The notes beneath the pieces were generated by a model. That model worked only from the letters and a program-made list of their open reading frames with translations. It did no database searches and was not told the DNA's origin. Shown one piece after another: positions 45,964-51,599 of a stretch of 51,599 bases of DNA; position 1 is the first letter of the stretch; the number at the start of each line of letters is the position of its first letter. Origin of the DNA: Terracidiphilus sp. (GTDB lineage Bacteria; Acidobacteriota; Terriglobia; Terriglobales; Acidobacteriaceae). The stretch is from NCBI GenBank assembly GCA_036489245.1, contig DASXGD010000387.1, forward strand, positions 1 through 51,599. The letters run 5' to 3'. The position numbers were made by a program, and so were the translations under genes.

Positions 45964-48717
45964 TCACTCGCTGGCCGCAATCTCGTGCAGCCAGCCGGGA
46001 GCCTTGAGTAACTCCCTTGGCCGCGAGCCGTCGGCGGGACCGACCAGGCCATCGCGCTCCATCAAGTCGATCAGGTGCGCCGCACGCCCGTAGCCGATGC
46101 GAAGCCTGCGCTGCAGGAGCGATGTTGAAGCTTTGCCGAACTCGAAAACCAGCCGCACCGCATCGTCAAACATCGGATCGTTTTCGTCCGGATCGCTGTT
46201 CGAGCCTTCGACTGACACCCGCTCGTCTTTGGGCGACTCCAGAAAGCCTTCGACATACTCTGCCTGGCCCTGGTCTTTCCAGAACCCCACCACGGCCGCG
46301 GTCTCCTTCTCGCTCACATACGGCGCGTGCAGGCGCATCAGCCGGCTGGTGCCCGGGGGCAGGAACAGCATGTCGCCGCGTCCTAACAGCGCTTCGGCGC
46401 CGTTGGTGTCGAGAATCGTCCGCGAGTCCACCTTGGTTGCCAGGCGGAAGCTGATGCGCGTCGGTACATTGGCCTTGATCAAGCCTGTGATCACATCCAC
46501 GCTGGGTCGCTGCGTGGCCAGGATCAGGTGGATGCCCACCGCACGCGCCATCTGCGCCAGGCGGGTGATGGATTCTTCCACGTTGGCGCGGTCCAGCATC
46601 ATCAGGTCGGCCAACTCGTCGATGATGATCACGATGTAGGGCAGCGGCTCTTCTTCTTCGCCGTCGTCGAACAGCGAAGCCATCGAACCCTCGAAAAGCT
46701 TGTTGTACTGGTCGATGTTGCGGACGCTGCGGCTGGCGAGCAGCTTCAGGCGGCGCTCCATTTCGCGAACTGCATTGCGCAGCGCATTGGCGGCCAGCTT
46801 GGGTTCGGTGATGATGGGCGTGAACAAATGCGGGATGCCCTCGTACATGCCCAATTCCACTCGCTTCGGGTCCACCAGGATCAGGCGCACCTGCGACGGA
46901 GTGGTGCGGTACAGCAGGCTCATGATCATGGCGTTGATGGCCACTGATTTGCCCGAACCCGTTGATCCGGCGATCAGCACGTGGGGCATCGAAGCCAGGT
47001 CGGCGGTCACGATGCGTCCGTTGATGTCTTTGCCCATCGCCAGGGTCAGGCGCGCTTTCGACTTGGCAAAGGTTTCCGATTCCAGCACGTCGCGCAGGTG
47101 AATCGTCTCGCGCTCGTGGTTCGGAACCTGGATGCCTACCGTGCTTTTGCCGGCCATGCGCTCGATCAGGATGCTTTCCGCCCGCATGGCGAGGCACAGA
47201 TCGTCGGCCAGGCCCGTGACGCGCGAATACTTTACCCCGGCCTCGGGCTTGAATTCGTAAGTCGTCACCATCGGCCCGGGATTGATCTGCACCACTTGGC
47301 CGCGCACGTCGAACTCACCGCATTTCTCCACCAGCACCTTGGCTTCTTCGCGCAATTCATCCTCGCGGATGGCCTGCGGTCCGCCGCCGGCGTTGAGCAG
47401 GGTGCTGGGCGGGAGCTTGAATCCGCTCACATGCTTCGGGGCGACGGTCGTCGTGCGCACATCGGCATCAGCGCGCTCATGAATGGCAATGCCGTTTCCG
47501 GCCGGCTGCAGCGGCGCCGGTGGGTCTGTCCGCACGGTCGCCGCAGGCTCTGCCCGCATGGGCGGGGCTGGCTCCATCCGATTAGGGATGGGTGCCGCGG
47601 AGCCTGCCAATGGGGGTCTCAACTCGGACACCGGGGATCTTGCGGCCGAGCTTCGCATTTCCGCAAATGCCTGGGCCGCCGCCGAGCGCATCGGCGCTGG
47701 CGCGGCCTGCATGGGGGGCGCCGGCCTCGGCTGGGTCACCGGAGGTTCCTGCCGCACCGGCGGTGCCGCCTGATTGGGCGCTTGTTCCGCTCGCACCGCA
47801 ACCGGAATCTCCGCTCCGCTCTCCCAGATGTTCGTACGCCGCGTCTGCCCGATCGGGATCGGGTCCTCAATAGCCTGAGGCGCCGTGCGCTGGAACGCCG
47901 GCTGGTCGACCGGATCGGGCTCCGGAGTGCGATGGCGCCGCCCAAACAGCGCGGCCAGCCGGCTCGGCGGTCGCTTCAACATCGGTTCCGGCGCCGCTTC
48001 GGTTCCGATCGCGCCCGTGAAGATGCGCTGCGCGGGCCCCGGATTGGTTTGCTCCTCTAGTATCTCGTCGCGCTCAGCCTTGCGGTCCGCGCGGTCCTCC
48101 CGCCAGTTTCTCCATCGGTCGTGCCAGGCCTGCAACTGGATCCAGCGATCGGCAATCATTTCCTTCAGCGCCCAGAGGCTGATGGCCGAGGCGAAGTAGA
48201 CACCCGCCAGTGCCAGCACACTGGCCACAATCCACGCTCCCTGGATATTCAGATATACGACCAGCATGCCTGAGACCAGGCGGCCCATTACGCCTTCAAC
48301 AGGTATGGCGTGCGCCCAGCGCCAATGCCAGGGCAGCAGGGCGAACAGTGCGGGCACAAACATCAGCGCCATGACGGAGCCGACGGCGCGCAGCACCACC
48401 GATGTACCAGGCCGCGAACGCACCCAGGCCCAGGCCAGGCTTCCCATCCACAGCGGCACCAGGAAGGCCGTGAACCCGATCCATTGCAACAGCAGGTCGC
48501 TGATGAAAGCCCCAAACGGCCCTATCCAGTTGACTACCATTCCCGGCCCGGTGCCCGGTCCGGCCGGATCGCCGGACGTGTTCCACGAGGGATCCGCGGT
48601 GTGATACGTCGCGAGGGCGCACAAGAACAAAACCGAGATCAGCGCCAGGACGACGCCGAGGAACATGTTCAGGGGGCGGCTCCGCGTGGGCGCAAGGGCT
48701 ATCTGAATGGGCTTCAT
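45964..48717 (-). CDS. ftsK: DNA translocase FtsK
   Basis: N-terminal TM region, Pro/Ala linker, PHVLIAGSTGSGKS, IIIDELAD, LAQMARAVGIHLILATQRPSVDV, gamma domain ASTSLLQRRLRIGYGRAA. Confidence 0.96.
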   Translation of the reverse strand: MKPIQIALAPTRSRPLNMFLGVVLALISVLFLCALATYHTADPSWNTSGDPAGPGTGPGMVVNWIGPFGAFISDLLLQWIGFTAFLVPLWMGSLAWAWVRSRPGTSVVLRAVGSVMALMFVPALFALLPWHWRWAHAIPVEGVMGRLVSGMLVVYLNIQGAWIVASVLALAGVYFASAISLWALKEMIADRWIQLQAWHDRWRNWREDRADRKAERDEILEEQTNPGPAQRIFTGAIGTEAAPEPMLKRPPSRLAALFGRRHRTPEPDPVDQPAFQRTAPQAIEDPIPIGQTRRTNIWESGAEIPVAVRAEQAPNQAAPPVRQEPPVTQPRPAPPMQAAPAPMRSAAAQAFAEMRSSAARSPVSELRPPLAGSAAPIPNRMEPAPPMRAEPAATVRTDPPAPLQPAGNGIAIHERADADVRTTTVAPKHVSGFKLPPSTLLNAGGGPQAIREDELREEAKVLVEKCGEFDVRGQVVQINPGPMVTTYEFKPEAGVKYSRVTGLADDLCLAMRAESILIERMAGKSTVGIQVPNHERETIHLRDVLESETFAKSKARLTLAMGKDINGRIVTADLASMPHVLIAGSTGSGKSVAINAMIMSLLYRTTPSQVRLILVDPKRVELGMYEGIPHLFTPIITEPKLAANALRNAVREMERRLKLLASRSVRNIDQYNKLFEGSMASLFDDGEEEEPLPYIVIIIDELADLMMLDRANVEESITRLAQMARAVGIHLILATQRPSVDVITGLIKANVPTRISFRLATKVDSRTILDTNGAEALLGRGDMLFLPPGTSRLMRLHAPYVSEKETAAVVGFWKDQGQAEYVEGFLESPKDERVSVEGSNSDPDENDPMFDDAVRLVFEFGKASTSLLQRRLRIGYGRAAHLIDLMERDGLVGPADGSRPRELLKAPGWLHEIAASE

Positions 48718-49053
48718 CGTGGGGTCCGCCTCCCGGTCTTCGGCCGCCGCGCAAGCCTGAGGAGCGATCGGCGAGTCAGGCGGGCGGAGATTCCCAGAGC
48801 AATTCCCATTATCCCCGGTGGCAAGGTCGAAACCGGTCAAAACCCGGGAGGGGGAACCAGCGGCATTACCCGCAACGGTCCCCTTCAACGGACAAGGAGA
48901 GTGCCGGGCGAATCGATGACTGGTTTGCCCTGTTGGCAAAAGTTGAATGGGATGCTTGTTAGAAAATCGTTCATGGCCCGGGGGTGTGCATGCGGGCGAC
49001 ACCGGAGCTGCAATATTCTGGCTCAGAACCAAACAAATCAAGGAATGAAGTTG

Positions 49054-50502
49054 TCAGTCGTCCTCAGTTGGCCGACGTGAAGGATTGTCGGCCTTTTGGC
49101 TGGCTTTGTGGGCTCCAATATGATCGGCGAGCTCTTCACCTGAAAAGTTGCCGGTGAAGCTTTCGTCAATTTCGGGAAGCATGGTTGCATTCCACGCGAA
49201 CCACTAGGCGACCATGCGGTCGTATGTGTCTTTATTCCGCTTTTTGAGATTGGCGCGTTCCATGGGATCGTCGACCACGTTGAAGAGAAACTTGTTTTCG
49301 AGGATCTTGAGGAATTTCCAGTCTCCGTCGCGTGCGGCGCGCTGAGCATTTGCTTTGTAGCGCCAGAAGAGTTTGCGCGGAACAGGGGGAGCGCTCTCTG
49401 CGAGCATGGGCAGGAGGTTGATGCCGTCGGGTGGAAACGCCGCGCCTGGCGCGGTGCCGGCGGCGGCAAGCAGAGTGGGCAACCAGCCCATTGAGATGGC
49501 GACCTGTTCAGTGGTTCGGCCCATCGGAATCCGAGCCGGCCAGGAGATGATGGAAGGAATGCGCAAGCCGCCTTCGAGCAGCTCTGTCTTGCACCCCGTG
49601 AACGGCCACGTATCTGAGAAGCGCTCGCCGCCGTTGTCACTGGTGAAGATCACAATGGTATTGGGGTCCAGTCCGGGATTGCGCAAGGCCTCGATGACAC
49701 GTCCAATCTGGGTATCCATGTCTTCGATCATCCGTTGATAGGTCGCTTGTGAACCACCGTCGAAATTGTGGAGGTCAAGATTGGCTTTCGCGAGTCTCTT
49801 CGATTCGGAATCGTCGCCCGGCGGTTCCCACGGCCAGTGGGGCGCATTGAAGTGGAGACTCAGCAGAAAGGGTTGGCGTGAATCAGCGTATCCGTTGATC
49901 ACCTCAACCGCATGGCTGCCGAGCAGGTCGGTAATGTATCCGGCCTGATCGATCTTTACATCTCCGTCCCAGAGATCGTTTGAGTGCGTGTAGTAATCGA
50001 TGGCGCCGTTGCGGAACCCATAGAAGTGATCGTATCCGCTCTGCAGAGGACCGTACTTCGGCAATCTGCCAAGGTGCCACTTGCCCACAAGAGTTGTGCC
50101 GTATCCCGCCTTTCTGAGGAGAGAAGGAAGGGTTGGGTGGTCCGGAGGCCAGCCGGCTTCGTGAGACGAAAGCGGCTCTTCGAGGCCGATGGGAAGCCTG
50201 TACTGGTAGCGACCGGTGATAAGTGCGGTGCGCGTCGCGGAGCAGACGGCGGAATTGGCGTAGGCCTGAACGAATCGCACGCCGCGCGCAGCGAGCGCAT
50301 CAATGTTCGGCGTATGCAAATCAGGACGGCCGTAGCATGCCACATCTGCGTAGCCGAGGTCGTCAGCGAGGATAAAGACGATGTTCGGCAAGCTGAGAGG
50401 TGGGGCCGCAAAAATGCGGTCGAGGCCCGATGCGAACCCAGCCGCACCAAAAAGGGTGCCGCGCAGAATAGTGCGGCGGCTAATCCCGGAGGTGGGAGTC
50501 AA
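49054..50502 (-). pseudogene. Tat-exported arylsulfatase-family protein with an in-frame TAG at 49204-49206
   Basis: SRRTIL Tat motif, ILADDLG, CSATR, GKWHLG, SDNG. After the TAG, 49 more protein-like codons (WFAWNATMLPEID...LADHIG) run to TGA at 49054. Confidence 0.75.
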
Positions 50503-50655
50503 GGGGAAACCACATCAGAATCGTAACATCTCACCGACCCGACATTCTCAATTGATTTGATCTGCTGGTGCAATACACCCTCAGGGACATGTTCGCTCTG
50601 ACTCGCCGTGGCGAATTCAATTGAAAAAGGGCACTGCGAAATTTGCCGACCCGGA

Positions 50656-51537
50656 CTATTGGCCCATAATCCTGCTCCCCCAGATCAGCAACACGGTTCC
50701 AATCACTATGCGATAGATTGCGAACACGGTGAACCCGTGCTTGCGCACCCACATGAGGAACCACTCCACCACGCCGAAGGCCACGATGAACGACACCACG
50801 AAGCCGATGGCCAGCACAATCCAGCGCTCGCCCGTCATGGTCACGTGCGCTGCGGCCTCGCCGGCCGCCAACGCGGCCTTGCTGGGGTGAATCTCCTTCA
50901 GAAGGTCGTATCCGGTGGCCGCAAGCATGGTGGGAATCGACAGCAGGAAACTGAATTCGAGCGCAGTGGGCCGGTCCATCCCCACCAGTTGTCCTGCTGC
51001 AATCGTCGACATCGAGCGTGATGTTCCCGGAAAGATTGCGGAGAGCGATTGGCACAGGCCGATCCAGACCGCCTGCCCCAGAGTCATCTCCTCCACGTGA
51101 ATGGTGTTGGGCTCGAAGCGCGATGCCCATGCGTCCACTGCCCACATGATCACCCCGCCGACAAGGAGCGCGATCGCGATGACGGTGAGGCTTCCGAGGT
51201 TCTTGTCGCTCCACTTCTTCAACAATAGAGCCGGAATCGAGGTGCAGATGAAAGCCAGAATCGTAAGCGATAGCGGATGAGTAAAGAAGTTTCGATCGCC
51301 TCGTTCGCCGCGCGGAAAGGTGCGCATAAATTCGAGAATGCGGCCAAGGTAGAGCAACAGAAGCGCAAAGATGGCTCCCGCCTGAATCACGATGGTGTAC
51401 ATCTTCCAGTACGCATCATCGAGCGGGATTTTCATCAATGCTTCAGTAATCCGCAAATGCGCGGTGGAACTGACCGGCAGAAATTCGGTCAGCCCCTCGA
51501 CAATACCCAGAATGACAGACTGAAGATAGGAATTCAA
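50656..51537 (-). CDS. uppP: Undecaprenyl-diphosphate phosphatase
   Basis: GIVEGLTEFLPVSSTAHL, PGTSRS, EFSFLLSIP, FAIYRI. TTG start after GGAGG. Confidence 0.95.
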   Translation of the reverse strand: MNSYLQSVILGIVEGLTEFLPVSSTAHLRITEALMKIPLDDAYWKMYTIVIQAGAIFALLLLYLGRILEFMRTFPRGERGDRNFFTHPLSLTILAFICTSIPALLLKKWSDKNLGSLTVIAIALLVGGVIMWAVDAWASRFEPNTIHVEEMTLGQAVWIGLCQSLSAIFPGTSRSMSTIAAGQLVGMDRPTALEFSFLLSIPTMLAATGYDLLKEIHPSKAALAAGEAAAHVTMTGERWIVLAIGFVVSFIVAFGVVEWFLMWVRKHGFTVFAIYRIVIGTVLLIWGSRIMGQ

Positions 51538-51599
51538 AAAGCCTCCGGAATGCGCCTGTGGCGATTTCCGCTTCGCATTAGCTCGCGATCAAGTGGGCG

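Noticed and set aside
47480-47800. PAPPM-like repeats in FtsK
   Set aside because: Ordinary low-complexity FtsK linker.
44750-48060. Long + strand ORFs 44750-45934 and 46981-48060, and similar ones elsewhere (13049, 14394, 27849, 29322)
   Set aside because: Typical high-GC antisense shadows of well-supported genes, with no motifs.
48718-49041. 108-aa N-terminal extension of ftsK, or a structured RNA in this spacer
   Set aside because: Not protein-like, a better start exists at 48717, and I recognised no RNA family motif.

Overview
GC-rich bacterial chromosomal segment, most consistent with Acidobacteriota (Terriglobales-like). This is inferred from lineage-typical families: TIGR03435, ADOP permease, Acidobacterial VWA and the 'MARGWESKSVE' protein. 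From left to right it holds: (i) a four-gene accessory operon cut by the window edge (GMC/cholesterol-oxidase–alpha/beta-hydrolase fusion, nitroreductase-like protein, ~740-aa beta-rich unknown, metallophosphoesterase), the best candidate for an undescribed system; (ii) a large exported unknown paired with a VWA protein; (iii) a cheA-cheW-cheB-cheR operon with a sigma-28-like promoter but no cheY or MCP; (iv) nucleoside salvage genes cdd-pdp-nupC and punA-udk, separated by four unrelated genes; (v) an ADOP permease, an M3 peptidase and many small oxidoreductase/DUF genes; (vi) a small insert with a hydrolase and a frameshifted gene fragment; (vii) soxR with a perfect SoxR box facing an FMN reductase; (viii) a frameshifted HipA-like kinase plus DUF3037; (ix) an orphan NarL regulator and a REC-Hpt protein; (x) a YncE-like protein, ftsK, an amber-interrupted sulfatase and uppP. 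Non-coding DNA carries recurrent 7-nt-period tandem arrays at gene boundaries and several REP-like hairpins. No rRNA, tRNA, CRISPR array or intact transposase was seen. All family calls come from motif recognition by eye, not database searches.
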